Shown here: one piece after another, positions 40,201 to 55,200 of the stretch
Position numbering within the stretch: position 1 is the stretch's first letter
Layout: each line of letters opens with the position of its first letter
NCBI GenBank assembly: GCA_965112735.1
Contig: OZ218951.1
Span: 2,604,001 to 2,668,000 of the forward strand
Length of the DNA stretch: 64,000 nt
Reading direction: 5' to 3'
Source of the DNA: Phaeosaccion multiseriatum
Taxonomy: Eukaryota; Protista; Ochrophyta, other classes
Notes under the pieces: generated by a model
Seen by the model: the letters and a program-made list of their open reading frames with translations, nothing else
Database searches by the model: none
What the model was told of the DNA's origin: nothing
Translations under genes and position numbers: made by a program

Positions 40201-43200
40201 GACACTCCCGCCGCGCCCCCCCACAATCCCATCTTGACCTACAGTCTCCGTCAGATGCGGGCCGAAAGCACCGTGCGGTCGGTCGAGGGGCAGGGTCAGT
40301 GAAGGCGCCCCCGTTAGCTGCCCCTGCCAGTACTCCAACAGCTGCTCCAGGGCCAGGCCGTTGTCCCCGTCCAGTCGCGACCGCTGCCACCGGGAGTAGT
40401 CCGCATACCCAAACGGCAGAGCCGCTAGCGCCTTCGTCGCCTCTCGGCCAGACACGACAGCCCCCCACAGGACCAACAGCTCGCGCGAGAACAGCTTGGA
40501 TGACCACCCATCCATGATGGAGTGGTGGAAGACACACAGCACCGCTTGCCACCCCAGCGGGTGCTCCTTCTCATCATCCTGGGGCGGTGAAACGGTGACG
40601 ATGGTGCTGCGCCAGAGTGGCCTTTCCTCCTCCAAGTCAAACAGACGCCCCGCCTCTGCCAATAGCACGCTCTCGGCCTCTTCGTTGCTGTTCGCCTCGG
40701 CGGACAGGAGCACTGACGCCACAACCTCCGCTGCTGTGGTCTGCAGCCGCACCTGCTGCAGCGTCCCCTCCGGTGACCAGCTTAGCGCCAATCGCAGAAC
40801 ATCGTGACGCTCCACCATGGCGCACAGGGCACGGGACAAGCCGTCCACAACCTCGCTGGGCTCTCTCTCCGATTCGGAGCTGGGCATGGGCAGAAGCATG
40901 GGCACGTTGTATCGCGCCCTCCCGTCTGGGTCGCCCGCTCGCAGCACCACGTCCGACAGCAGCATGTGCTCCTGTTGGTACGACGCTGGAGCCTCACGAT
41001 GGTCGCCAACTCGCGATATCACCATCATACCAGGAAGCGTGTCCTCCCTGCTCGCACATAAGCGAGACACACCCCTCGCGGTGGGTGTCTGGAACATCTC
41101 TGCCACCTGGAGCGCCTGAGTACAGCAACGAGTAAAGATATCCGACGGTCCACAACTATATTAGCAAACCATTTGGAACTACCGGCCACACCAGAAAGAC
41201 AGCCCTCCATCCCACTCACCTCGAAGCCTGGCACCTCTGCGCGAATGCGTGCTGTGACACTTGCAGCGTCAAGCGAAGTGCCTCCCTCGGCGAACAAGTC
41301 GCCGCTGGCTCGCAGATCCGGTCGCCCAACAGCCTCTCGCATAATGCCGAGCACTTGACGGGTGGTGTCGTCCATAGGTGCGTCATCGCTGACGCCTAGG
41401 CTCCGCTGCCTGCCACGGCCATGGTCATGTGCCTCTCGAATGGCTCTAAGAACCTCTGTCACGTCTCGCTTCCCGCTGCTTGTCATCGGTAGAGCATCCA
41501 TGGCCACAGCCGTGCTCGGCACCATGTATGCCGGTAGCAGCTTGCTCACTCCTTGCAGTACCATATCAACTTCGGCACTAGAAGGTGTCAGAGCCGCCAC
41601 AACCGTCTCGCGCTCTCTGTCCACGGCTGCCACAGCGCTCCTCACACCCTCTTGATGGAGCAGGGCAGCCTCCACCTCGCCCAACTCAATGCGATGGCCG
41701 CGCACCTTCACTTGGGAGTCTCGGCGACCCCTAAACACCAGCGATCCGTCTGCCAGCTGCCGCACCAAGTCGCCCTGTCAGAACATAGTATGTTTTGAGT
41801 CGCGTCAGATCAGAACAGTGCACAGGGCGGGCAGCAGAGAGAACTACCTCCACCCCCCCCCCTTGCGCTCTCTTCTTGTCACTGCATGGCATGCTAAAAG
41901 CAAGCCAAATGTACACACAATACACGCACACACACAAAGCCGCACACCCATGGGCAACCTTTTCAACTTACCGTACGATACACCCTTCGCTGGTCCGTCA
42001 GGAAGGGCGCGGGGATGAAGGCCTTCGACGTGAGCTCTGGGCGATTCAAGTACCCACGCGCCAGCTGTCTCCCCCCAATGCACAGCTCGCCCTCCACGCC
42101 CTGAGGCACCAGCTGCAGACGCTTGTCCACCACATACACTTGCACGCCGGCTCGAGGCTTGCCGATAACGGACGCGCTCGGCACGGCAGACGGTGTGTAC
42201 TCGTGCCAGGTTACTACCACCGCCGTCTCTGTGGGTCCATAAATATTGCCCAGTCGCACTCGGTGTTTCCAGTAATCGACCTGCTCTTGACGTAAGGCCT
42301 CTCCCCCAAGCGCGATGGACCGAAGACTCGGGAAACCCACTTCCCCACCATGAGGCTGTGGGAGCAAAGACAGTAGTGACGGAGTGCACACCAAGAACGA
42401 TACCCCAAGCGAGCGCACAGCCTCTGGCAACTCGCTCAACATGGAGAGCTTTTGCACCAGGCACAGCGTCGCCCCGCATGACAGAGCCCCGAAGATCAAC
42501 GCCACTGACATATCGAAAGTCAAAGCGCTGCTCTGCAAAACCCGTGACGAAGGGTCTATGGTGCCCAACATTGTTTCGTAGATCGTCGCCATGAAGCCGG
42601 CCGCGTTTCTATGCTCGACCACCACACCTTTCGGTCGCCCGGTGCTTCCAGACGTGTATATCACATACGCCACATTGATGTCGACGGCCTTACACTCCAC
42701 CTCAGAGACTGTCGTAGCAGCCCCCTCGAGCTGCATCATGGTCCTCACATCCACACAGCTCGCGCCTGCGACGGTGCGAGCCGACCTACCGCCTGTGGGG
42801 AGGCCTTGCTCCACATGGTCCGCCCCAGTCGCTGCCGTGAGAACGACACTCAGCCCGGCGTCTTCTGCGATCATCGACAGCCTTTCGTCGGAATGCTCGG
42901 GATCCAGGGGCACGTACGCCGCCCCCGCCTTGAGCACGCCCAGCACTGCCACAACCGCCTCCACGCAGTCCCCAGCAATCAGCACCCCCACCAGGCACTC
43001 CGGCCCCACGCCCCTCCCCAGCAGCATGCACGCCACCGTATTCGCATGCCCATTCAGCTCCCCGTAGCTCATCACTCGATCTGTCTCATACTCGTGCAGG
43101 GCTTCCTGCTCCGGACTACGAGAGGCCATCTCTTCGAAAGCCGTGTGCAGGAGGGGCGGCGGTGGCGATGCTTCCTCTGCACCTCCCTCCTCGTCTCCAT

Positions 43201-46200
43201 TGGCATCCTCCGCCACCCGTGCAGCGCCGCTCAGCGTCTCCACCACCTTCACACGGTCCTCGTGTGCCAAGAGACTCAGCTTCCACACGCTCTCGCCCGG
43301 CCTGCCCACTGCACTCTCCAGCAGCGCCAGGAAGCTCCGCGCCAGGGTCTCCACTGTGGCCTGGTCGAATACCGCCGTATTGTAGCACAGGCTGCCGTGC
43401 ATGTCCGACGCACTGTCCGTGCTGCGGCGCACAAGGCTTAGCTCGATGTCAGTCTTGCTAAGATTATTGGCCTGCTGCTCTCCAGCCCCCTCCGTCATGA
43501 TCTTGTGGAGTGCTCCAGCTGACAGCTGGGCCTCCTCCTCCACGGCGCTGGCATTTCCCTCCTGCAGTACAAAGAAGGCCTGCAGTGCCTTGCCACCACT
43601 CTTTCTTCCCAGCTGGGCCCGCTCCGCCACCTTGTGGAACGGTGCCTCGGCATGCTTCATGGCACCCAGATACGCGACTTGTACGCGAAGCAGCACCTCC
43701 CGAAAGCTGGGGCTTCCTCCCAGGCCCAGACGGAACGCGAGGGTATTGACGAAGCATCCCAGCACGCCCTCCAAGCCTTGCGCCACGTCTCTTCCGAAGT
43801 GCGCAGTGCCCACCACCACATCCTCCGCTCCGCACACACGAGCCAGCAGCACTTGGAACGCGCCCATGAGCCCCACAAACAGCGTGGCGGAGCTGCTCGA
43901 GCATAGGTTGCTCAGCTTCACTATCAGCGAAGCCGGCAGAACAACAGCGACACTCCCGCCGCGCCCCCCCACAATCCCATCTTGACCTACGGTCTCCGTC
44001 AGATGCGGGCCGAAAGCACCGTGGGGTCGGTCGAGGGGCAGGGTCAGTGAAGACGCCCCCGTTAGCTGCCCCTGCCAGTACTCCAACAGCTGCTCCAGGG
44101 CCAGGCCGTTGTCCCCGTCCAGTCGCGACCGCTGCCACCGGGAGTAGTCCGCATACCCAAACGGCAGAGCCGCTAGCGCCTTCGTCGCCTCTCGGCCAGA
44201 CACGACAGCCCCCCACAGGACCAACAGCTCGCGCGAGAACAGCTTGGATGACCACCCATCCATGATGGAGTGGTGGAAGACACACAGCACCGCTTGCCGC
44301 CCCAGCGGGTGCTCCTTCTCACCATCCTGGGGCGGTGAAACGGTGACGATGGTGCTGCGCCAGAGTGGCCTTTCCTCCTCCAAGTCAAACAGGCGCCCCG
44401 CCTCTGCCAATAGCACGCTCTCGGTCTCTTCGATGCTGTTCGCCTCGGCGGACAGGAGCACTGACGCCACAACCTCCGCTGCTGTGGTCTGCAGCCGCAC
44501 CTGCTGCAGCGTCCCCTCCGGTGACCAGCCTAGCGCCAATCGCAGAACATCGTGACGCTCCACCATGGCGCACAGGGCACGGGACAAGCCGTCCACAACC
44601 TCGCTGGGCTCTCTCTCCGATTCGGAGCTGGGCACGGGTAGAAGCATGGGTACGTTGTATCGCGCCCTCCCGTCTGGGTCGCCCGCTCGCAGCGCCAGGT
44701 CCGACAGCAGCATGTGCTCCTGTTGGTACGACGCTGGAGCCTCACGATGGTCGCCAACTCGCGATATCACCATCATACCAGGAAGCGTGTCCTCCCTGCT
44801 CGCACATAAGCGAGACACACCCCTCGCGGTGGGTGTCTGGAACATCTCTGCCACCTGGAGCGCCTGAGTACAGCAACGAGTAAGGACATCCTATATTAGC
44901 AAACCATTTGGAACTACCGGCCACACCAGAAAGACAGCCCTCCATCCCACTCACCTCGAAGCCTGGCACCTCTGCGCGGATGCGTGCTGTGACACTTGCA
45001 GCGTCAAGCGAAGTGCCTCCCTCGGCGAACAAGTCGTCGCTGGATCGCAGATCCGGTCGCCCAACAGCCTCTCGCATAATGCCGAGCACTTGACGGGTGG
45101 TGTCGTCCAGAGGTCCGTCATCGCTGACGCCTAGGCTCCGCTGCCTGCCAGGACTATCATGATGTGTCGCTCGGATGGCTCTGAGAACCTCTTTCGCGTC
45201 TCGCTTCCCGCTGCTCGTCATCGGCAGAGCATCCACGGCCACAGCCTTGCTCGGCACCATGTATGCCGGTAGCAGCTTGCTCACTCCTTGCAGCACCATC
45301 TCCACGTCGGCACTAGAAGGTGTCAGAGCTGCCACAACCGTCTCGCTGTCTCTGTCCACGGCTGCCACAGCGCTCCTCACACCCTCTTGATGGAGCAGCG
45401 CAGCCTCCACCTCGCCCAGCTCAATGCGATAGCCGCGCACCTTCACTTGAGAGTCTCGGCGACCCCTAAACACCAGCGATCCGTCTGCCAGCTGCCGCAC
45501 CAAGTCGCCCTGTCAGAACGTAGTATGTTTTGAGTCGCGTCAGATCAGAACAGTGCAGTAAGGAGCAGAGAGAACTACCTCCATCCCCCCCCCCCCCTGC
45601 GCTCTCTTCTTTTCACCGCATGACAGGCCAAAAGCAAGCCAAATGTACACACAACACACGCACACACACAAAGCCGCACACCCATGGGCCACTTTTTCGA
45701 CTTACCGTACGATACACTCTGCGCTGATCCGTCAGGAAGGGCGCGGGGATGAAGGCCTTCGACGTGAGCTCTGGGCGATTCAAGTACCCACGGGCCAGCT
45801 GTCTCCCCCCAATGCACAGCTCGCCCTCCACGCCCTGAGGCACCAGCTGCAGACGCTTGTCCACCACATACACTTGCACGCCGGCTCGAGGCTTGCCGAT
45901 GACGAACCCACTCGACATGGCACCCTGACTGTACTTGTGCGTCGTCACGGCATTCGTTTCGGTTGGGCCGTAGCTATTGACAAGGCGAACACTGCGCCTC
46001 CACATGTCCACTTGGCCTTCCTTGATCGGCTCCCCAATCAATGCGATGGACCGTAAGGTGGCCTCCTTAGCTCCATTGGTGATGTCTTGCGGTCGAAGCA
46101 GCGACAGCAGTGACGGGGTGCAGTACATGTCTGTTACCCTCAAAGACTGTATCACCTCCGGCAGGTCGTTCAGCATGGAGCCCTTCGCTGCCAAGCAAAG

Positions 46201-49200
46201 CGTCGCCCCACACGACAACGGCCCAAACAGCGACGCCACAGACACATCAAATGTCAAAGCAGCACTCAGGAGCACACGAGAAGATGCCGTTATGGTCAGT
46301 TCCTCTTCGTAGAGAGTCGCCATGAAGCTGGCCGTGCTTCTGTGCTCAATCATCACGCCCTTTGGCCGGCCCGTACTACCGGACGTGTGAATCACGTACG
46401 CCATGCTCTCGCCCACGGCGTGGCACACAGGCTCCGCTGTACTCTCCACTTGCATCACAGCCACCACGTCCACACAGCTCGCGTCTCCGACACGACGCGC
46501 TAAGCTGGCATCGGCGGTTGCCAGCACCTCAGACTCGCCTACTGCCTTTGCCGTCGTCAGAACGACGCTCAGCCCCGCGTCTTGTGCGATCATCGACAGC
46601 CTATCGTCGGGATGCTCGGGATCCAGGGGCACGTACGCCGCCCCCGCCTTGAGCACGCCCAGCACTGCCACAACCGCCTCCACGCAGTCCCCAGCAATCA
46701 GCACCCCCACCAGGCACTCCGGCCCCACGCCCCTCCCCTGCAGCATGCACGCCACCGCATTCGCATGCCCATTGAGCTCCCCGTAGCTCATCACTCGATC
46801 TGTCTCATACTCGTGCAGGGCTTCCTGCTCCGGACTGCGAGAGGCCACCTCTTCGAAAGCCGTGTGCAGGAGGGGCGGCGGTGGCGATGCTTCCTCTGCA
46901 CCTCCCTCCTCGTCTCCATTGGCATCCTCCGCCACCAGTGCAGCGCCGCTCAGCGTCTCCACCACCTTCACACGGTCCTCGTGTGCCAAGAGACTCAGCT
47001 TCCACACGCTCTCGCCCGGCCTGCCCACTGCACTCTCCAGCAGCGCCAGGAAGCTCCGCGCCAGGGTCTCCACTGTGGCCTGGTCGAGCACCGCCGTATT
47101 GTAGCACAGGCTGCCGTGCATGTCCGACGCACTGTCCGTGCTGCGGCGCACAAGGCTTAGCTCGATGTCAGTCTTGCTAAGATTATTGGCCTGCTGCTCT
47201 CCAGCCCCCTCCGTCATGATCTTGTGGAGTGCTCCAGCTGACAGCTGGGCCTCCTCCTCCACGGCGCTGGCATTTCCCTCCTGCAGTAAAAAGAAGGCCT
47301 GCAGTGCCTTGCCACCACTCTTTCTTCCCAGCTGGGCCCGCTCCACCACCTTGTGGAACGGTGCCTCGGCATGCTTCATGGCACCCAAATACGCGCCCTG
47401 TACGCGAAGCAGCACCTCCCGAAAGCTGGGGCTTCCTCCCAGGCCCAGACGGAACGCGAGGGTGTTGACGAAGCATCCCAGCACTCCTTCCAAGCCTTGC
47501 GCCACGTCTCTTCCGAAGTGCGCAGTGCCCACCACCACATCCTCCGCTCCGCACACACGAGCCAGCAGCACTTGGAACGCGCCCATGAGCCCCACAAACA
47601 GCGTGGCGGAGCTGCTCGAGCATAGCTTGCTCAGCTTCACTATCAGCGAAGCCGGCAGAACAACAGCGACACTCCCGCCGCGCCCCCCCACAATCCCATC
47701 TTGACCTACAGTCTCCGTCAGATGCGGACCGAAAGCACCGTGGGGTCGGTCGAGGGGCAGGGTCAGTGAAGACGCCCCCGTTAGCTGCCCCTGCCAGTAC
47801 TCCAACAGCTGCTCCAGGGCCAGGCCGTTGTCCCCGTCCAGTCGCGACCGCTGCCACCGGGAGTAGTCCGCATACCCAAACGGCAGAGCCGCTAGCGCCT
47901 TCGTCGCCTCTCGGCCAGACACGACAGCCCCCCACAGGACCAACAGCTCGCGCGAGAACAGCTTGGATGACCACCCATCCATGATGGAGTGGTGGAAGAC
48001 ACACAGCACCGCTTGCCGCCCCAGCGGGGGCTCCTTCTCACCATCCTGGGGCGGTGCAACGGTGACGATGGTGCTGCGCCAGAGTGGCCTTTCCTCCTCC
48101 AAGTCAAACAGGCGCCCCGCCTCTGCCAATAGCACGCTCTCGGTCTCTTCGATGCTGTTCGCCTCGGCGGACAGGAGCACTGACGCCACAACCTCCGCTG
48201 CTGTGGTCTGCAGCCGCACCTGCTGCAGCGTCCCCTCCGGTGACCAGCCTAGCGCCAATCGCAGAACATCGTGACGCTCCACCATGGCGCACAGGGCACG
48301 GGACAAGCCGTCCACAACCTCGCTGGGCTCTCTCTCCGATTCGGAGCTGGGCACGGGTAGAAGCATGGGTACGTTGTATCGCGCCCTCCCGTCTGGGTCG
48401 CCCGCTCGCAGCGCCAGGTCCGACAGCAGCATGTGCTCCTGTTGGTACGACGCTGGAGCCTCACGATGGTCGCCAACTCGCGATATCACCATCATACCAG
48501 GAAGCGTGTCCTCCCTGCTCGCACATAAGCGAGACACACCCCTCGCGGTGGGTGTCTGGAACATCTCTGCCACCTGGAGCGCCTGAGTACAGCAACGAGT
48601 AAGGACATCCTATATTAGCAAACCATTTGGAACTACCGGCCACACCAGAAAGACAGCCCTCCATCCCACTCACCTCGAAGCCTGGCACCTCTGCGCGAAT
48701 GCGTGCTGTGACACTTGCAGCGTCAAGCGAAGTGCCTCCCTCGGCGAACAAGTCGTCGCTGGATCGCAGATCCGGTCGCCCAACAGCCTCTCGCATAATG
48801 CCGAGCACTTGACGGGTGGTGTCGTCCAGAGGTCCGTCATCGCTGACGCCTAGGCTCCGCTGCCTGCCAGGACTATCATGATGTGTCGCTCGGATGGCTC
48901 TGAGAACCTCTTTCGCGTCTCGCTTCCCGCTGCTCGTCATCGGCAGAGCATCCACGGCCACAGCCTTGCTCGGCACCATGTATGCCGGTAGCAGCTTGCT
49001 CACTCCTTGCAGCACCATCTCCACGTCGGCACTAGAAGGTGTCAGAGCTGCCACAACCGTCTCGCTGTCTCTGTCCACGGCTGCCACAGCGCTCCTCACA
49101 CCCTCTTGATGGAGCAGCGCAGCCTCCACCTCGCCCAGCTCAATGCGATAGCCGCGCACCTTCACTTGAGAGTCTCGGCGACCCCTAAACACCAGCGATC

Positions 49201-52200
49201 CGTCTGCCAGCTGCCGCACCAAGTCGCCCTGTCAGAACGTAGTATGTTTTGAGTCGCGTCAGATCAGAACAGTGCAGTAAGGAGCAGAGAGAACTACCTC
49301 CATCCCCCCCCCCCCCTGCGCTCTCTTCTTTTCACCGCATGACAGGCCAAAAGCAAGCCAAATGTACACACAACACACGCACACACACAAAGCCGCACAC
49401 CCATGGGCCACTTTTTCGACTTACCGTACGATACACTCTGCGCTGATCCGTCAGGAAGGGCGCGGGGATGAAGGCCTTCGACGTGAGCTCTGGGCGATTC
49501 AAGTACCCACGGGCCAGCTGTCTCCCCCCAATGCACAGCTCGCCCTCCACGCCCTGAGGCACCAGCTGCAGACGCTTGTCCACCACATACACTTGCACGC
49601 CGGCTCGAGGCTTGCCGATGACGAACCCACTCGACATGGCACCCTGACTGTACTTGTGCGTCGTCACGGCATTCGTTTCGGTTGGGCCGTAGCTATTGAC
49701 AAGGCGAACACTGCGCCTCCACATGTCCACTTGGCCTTCCTTGATCGGCTCCCCAATCAATGCGATGGACCGTAACGTGGCATCCTTAGCACCATTGGTG
49801 ATGTCTTGCGGTCGAAGCAGCGACAGCAGTGACGGGGTGCAGTACATGTCTGTTACCCTCAAAGACTGTATCACCTCCGGCAGGTCGTTCAGCATGGAGC
49901 CCTTCGCTGCCAAGCAAAGCGTCGCCCCACACGACAACGGCCCAAACAGCGACGCCACAGACACATCAAAGGTCAAAGCAGCACTCAGGAGCACACGAGA
50001 AGATGCCGTTATGGTCAGTTCCTCTTCATAGAGAGTCGCCATGAAGCTGGCCGTGCTTCTGTGCTCAATCATCACGCCCTTTGGCCGGCCCGTACTACCG
50101 GACGTGTGAATCACGTACGCCATGCTCTCGCCCACGGCGTGGCACACAGGCTCCGCTGTACTCTCCACTTGCATCACAGCCACCACGTCCACACAGCTCG
50201 CGTCTCCGACACGACGCGCTAAGCTGGCATCGGCGGTTGCCAGCACCTCAGACTCGCCTACTGCCTTTGCCGTCGTCAGAACGACGCTCAGCCCCGCGTC
50301 TTGTGCGATCATCGACAGCCTATCGTCGGGATGCTCGGGATCCAGGGGCACGTACGCCGCCCCCGCCTTGAGCACGCCCAGCACTGCCACAACCGCCTCC
50401 ACGCAGTCCCCAGCAATCAGCACCCCCACCAGGCACTCCGGCCCCACGCCCCTCCCCAGCAGCATGCATGCCACCGCATTCGCATGCCCATTGAGCTCCC
50501 CGTAGCTCATCACTCGATCTGTCTCATACTCGTGCAGGGCTTCCTGCTCCGGACTGCGAGAGGCCATCTCTTCGAAAGCCGCGTGCAGGAGGGGCGGCGG
50601 TGGCGATGCTTCCTCCGCACCTCCCTCCTCGTCTCCATTGGCATCCTCCGCCACCAGTGCAGCGCCGCTCAACGTCTCCACCACCTTCACACGGTCCTCG
50701 TGTGCCAAGAGACTCAGCTTCCACACGCTCTCGCCCGGCCTGCCCACTGCACTCTCCAGCAGCGCCAGGAAGCTCCGCGCCAGGGTCTCCACTGTGGCCT
50801 GGTCGAGCACCGCCGTATTGTAGCACAGGCTGCCGTGCATGTCCGACGCACTGTCCGTGCTGCGGCGCACAAGGCTTAGCTCGATGTCAGTCTTGCTAAG
50901 ATTATTGGCCTGCTGCTCTCCAGCCCCCTCCGTCATGATCTTGTAGAGTGCTCCAACTGACAGCTGGGCCTCCTCCTCCACGGCGCTGGCATTTCCCTCC
51001 TGCAGTAAAAAGAAGGCCTGCAGTGCCTTGCCACCACTCTTTCTGCCCAGCTGGGCCCGCTCCACCACCTTGTGGAACGGTGCCTCGGCATGCTTCATGG
51101 CACCCAAATACGCGCCCTGTACGCGAAGCAGCACCTCCCGAAAGCTGGGGCTTCCTCCCAGGCCCAGACGGAACGCGAGGGTGTTGACGAAGCATCCCAG
51201 CACTCCTTCCAAGCCTTGCGCCATGTCTCTTCCGAAGTGCGCAGTGCCCACCACCACATCCTCCGCTCCGCACACACGAGCCAGCAGCACTTGGAACGCG
51301 CCCATGAGCCCCACAAACAGCGTGGCGGAGCTGCTCGAGCATAGCTTGCTCAGCTTCACTATCAGCGAAGCCGGCAGAACAACAGCGACACTCCCGCCGC
51401 GCCCCCCCACAATCCCATCTTGACCTACAGTCTCCGTCAGATGCGGGCCGAAAGCACCGTGCGGTCGGTCGAGGGGCAGGGTCAGTGAAGACGCCCCCGT
51501 TAGCTGCCCCTGCCAGTACTCCAACAGCTGCTCCAGGGCCAGGCCGTTGTCCCCGTCCAGTCGCGACCGCTGCCACCGGGAGTAGTCCGCATACCCAAAC
51601 GGCAGAGCCGCTAGCGCCTTCGTCGCCTCTCGGCCAGACACGACAGCCCCCCACAGGACCAACAGCTCGCGCGAGAACAGCTTGGATGACCACCCATCCA
51701 TGATGGAGTGGTGGAAGACACACAGCACCGCTTGCCGCCCCAGCGGGGGCTCCTTCTCACCATCCTGGGGCGGTGCAACGGTGACGATGGTGCTGCGCCA
51801 GAGTGGCCTTTCCTCCTCCAAGTCAAACAGGCGCCCCGCCTCTGCCAATAGCACGCTCTCGGTCTCTTCGATGCTGTTCGCCTCGGCGGACAGGAGCACT
51901 GACGCCACAACCTCCGCTGCTGTGGTCTGCAGCCGCACCTGCTGCAGCGTCCCCTCCGGTGACCAGCCTAGCGCCAATCGCAGAACATCGTGACGCTCCA
52001 CCATGGCGCACAGGGCACGGGACAAGCCGTCCACAACCTCGCTGGGCTCTCTCTCCGATTCGGAGCTGGGCACGGGTAGAAGCATGGGTACGTTGTATCG
52101 CGCCCTCCCGTCTGGGTCGCCCGCTCGCAGCGCCAGGTCCGACAGCAGCATGTGCTCCTGTTGGTACGACGCTGGAGCCTCACGATGGTCGCCAACTCGC

Positions 52201-55200
52201 GATATCACCATCATACCAGGAAGCGTGTCCTCCCTGCTCGCACATAAGCGAGACACACCCCTCGCGGTGGGTGTCTGGAACATCTCTGCCACCTGCAGCG
52301 CCTGAGTACAGCAACGAGTAAGGATATCCGACGGTCCACAACTATATTAGCAATACCATTTGGAACTACCCGCCACACCACAAAGGCAACCCTCCATCCC
52401 ACTCACCTCGAAGCCTGGCACCTCTGCGCGGATGCGTGCTGTGACACTTGCAGCGTCAAGCGAAGTGCCTCCCTCGGCGAACAAGTCGCCGCTGGCTCGC
52501 AGATCCGGTCGCCCAATGGCCTCTCGCATAATGCCGAGCACTTGACGGGTGGTGTCGTCCATAGGTGCGTCATCGCTGACGCCTAGGCTCCGCTGCCTGC
52601 CACGGCCATGGTCATGTGCCTCTCGAATGGCTCTAAGAACCTCTGTCACGTCTCGCTTCCCGCTGCTTGTCATCGGTAGAGCATCCATGGCCACAGCCGT
52701 GCTCGGCACCATGTATGCCGGTAGCAGCTTGCTCACTCCTTGCAGTACCATATCAACTTCGGCACTAGAAGGTGTCAGAGCCGCCACAACCGTCTCGCGC
52801 TCTCTGTCCACGGCTGCCACAGCGCTCCTCACACCCTCTTGATGGAGCAGCGCAGCCTCCACCTCGCCCAGCTCAATGCGATGGCCGCGCACCTTCACTT
52901 GGGAGTCTCGGCGACCCCTAAACACCAGCGATCCGTCTGCCAGCTGCCGCACCAAGTCGCCCTGTCAGAACATAGTATGTTTTGAGTCGCGTCAGATCAG
53001 AACAGTGCACAGGGCGGGCAGCAGAGAGAACTACCTCCACCCCCCCCCCTTGCGCTCTCTTCTTGTCACTGCATGGCATGCTAAAAGCAAGCCAAATGTA
53101 CACACAATACACGCACACACACAAAGCCGCACACCCATGGGCAACCTTTTCAACTTACCGTACGATACACCCTTCGCTGGTCCGTCAGGAAGGGCGCGGG
53201 GATGAAGGCCTTCGACGTGAGCTCTGGGCGATTCAAGTACCCACGCGCCAGCTGTCTCCCCCCAATGCACAGCTCGCCCTCCACGCCCTGAGGCACCAGC
53301 TGCAGACGCTTGTCCACCACATACACTTGCACGCCGGCTCGAGGCTTGCCGATAACGGACGCGCTCGGCACGGCAGACGGTGTGTACTCGTGCCAGGTTA
53401 CTACCACCGCCGTCTCTGTGGGTCCATAAATATTGCCCAGTCGCACTCGGTGTTTCCAGTAATCGACCTGCTCTTGACGTAAGGCCTCTCCCCCAAGCGC
53501 GATGGACCGAAGACTCGGGAAACCCACTTCCCCACCATGAGGCTGTGGGAGCAAAGACAGTAGTGACGGAGTGCACACCAAGAACGATACCCCAAGCGAG
53601 CGCACAGCCTCTGGCAACTCGCTCAACATGGAGAGCTTTTGCACCAGGCACAGCGTCGCCCCGCATGACAGAGCCCCGAAGATCAACGCCACCGACATAT
53701 CGAAAGTCAAAGCGCTGCTCTGCAAAACCCGTGACGAAGGGTCTATGGTGCCCAACATTGTTTCGTAGATCGTCGCCATGAAGCTGGCCGCGTTTCTATG
53801 CTCGACCACCACACCCTTCGGTCGCCCGGTGCTCCCAGACGTGTATATCACATACGCCACATTGATATCGACGGCCTTACACTCCACCTCAGAGCCGATC
53901 GTAGCCGCCCCCTCGAGCTGCATCGTGGTTCTCACATCCACACAGCTCGCGTCTCCGACGGTGCGAGCCGACCTTCCGCCTGTGGGGAGGCCTTGTTCCA
54001 CATGGTCCGCCCCAGTTGCTGCTGTGAGAACGACGTTGAGCCCGGCGTCTTGTGCGATCATCGATAGCCTATCGTCGGGATGCTCGGGATCCAGGGGCAC
54101 GTACGCCGCCCCCGCCTTGAGCACGCCCAGCACTGCCACAACCGCCTCCACGCAGTCCCCAGCAATCAGCACCCCCACCAGGCACTCCGGCCCCACGCCC
54201 CTCCCCTGCAGCATGCACGCCACCGCATTCGCATGGCCATTCAGCTCCCCGTAGCTCATCACTCGATCTGTCTCATACTCGTGCAGGGCTTCCTGCTCCG
54301 GACTGCGAGAGGCCATCTCTTCGAAAGCCGCGTGCAGGAGGGGCGGCGGTGGCGATGCTTCCTCCGCACCTCCCTCCTCGTCTCCATTGGCATCCTCCGC
54401 CACCAGTGCAGCGCCGCTCAACGTCTCCACCACCTTCACACGGTCCTCGTGTGCCAAGAGACTCAGCTTCCACACGCTCTCGCCCGGCCTGCCCACCGCA
54501 CTCTCCAGCAGCGCCAGGAAGCTCCGCGCCAGGGTCTCCACTGTGGCCTGGTCGAGCACCGCCGTATTGTAGCACAGGCTGCCGTGCATGTCCGACGCAC
54601 TGTCCGTGCTGCGCACAAGGCTTAGCTCGATGTCAGTCGTATTATTCTTCCAAGTGTCCACACCCGCCTCCTGATTCTTCAAAATATCCAAACCCGCCTC
54701 CTGCAGTACAAAGAAGGCCTGCAGTGCCTTGCCACCAGCATCTCTGCCCAGCTGGGCCCGCTCCACCACCTTGTGGAACGGTGCCTCGGCATGCTTCATG
54801 GCACCCAGGTACGCGACCTGTACGCGAAGCAGCACCTCCCGAAAGCTGGGGCTTCCTCCCAGGCCCAAACGGAACGCGAGGGTGTTGACGAAGCATCCCA
54901 GCACGCCCTCCAAGCCTTGCGCCATGTCTCTTCCGAAGTGCGCAGTGCCCACCACCACATCCTCCGCTCCGCACACACGAGCCAGCAGCACTTGGAACGC
55001 GCCCATGAGCCCCACAAACAGCGTGGCGGAGCTATCCGCGCACAGTTTACTCAACTTGACCACCACTGCATTGGGTAGCACCAAGTTCACCCTCCCACTT
55101 CCTCCCACACTGATGATATCTCCATGCACCATTTCTCCACTGAGGCCCTTTTGGGCATGTCGCTGATGGAGAGGCAGCTGCAGTGGACTGGTACCAGCCA

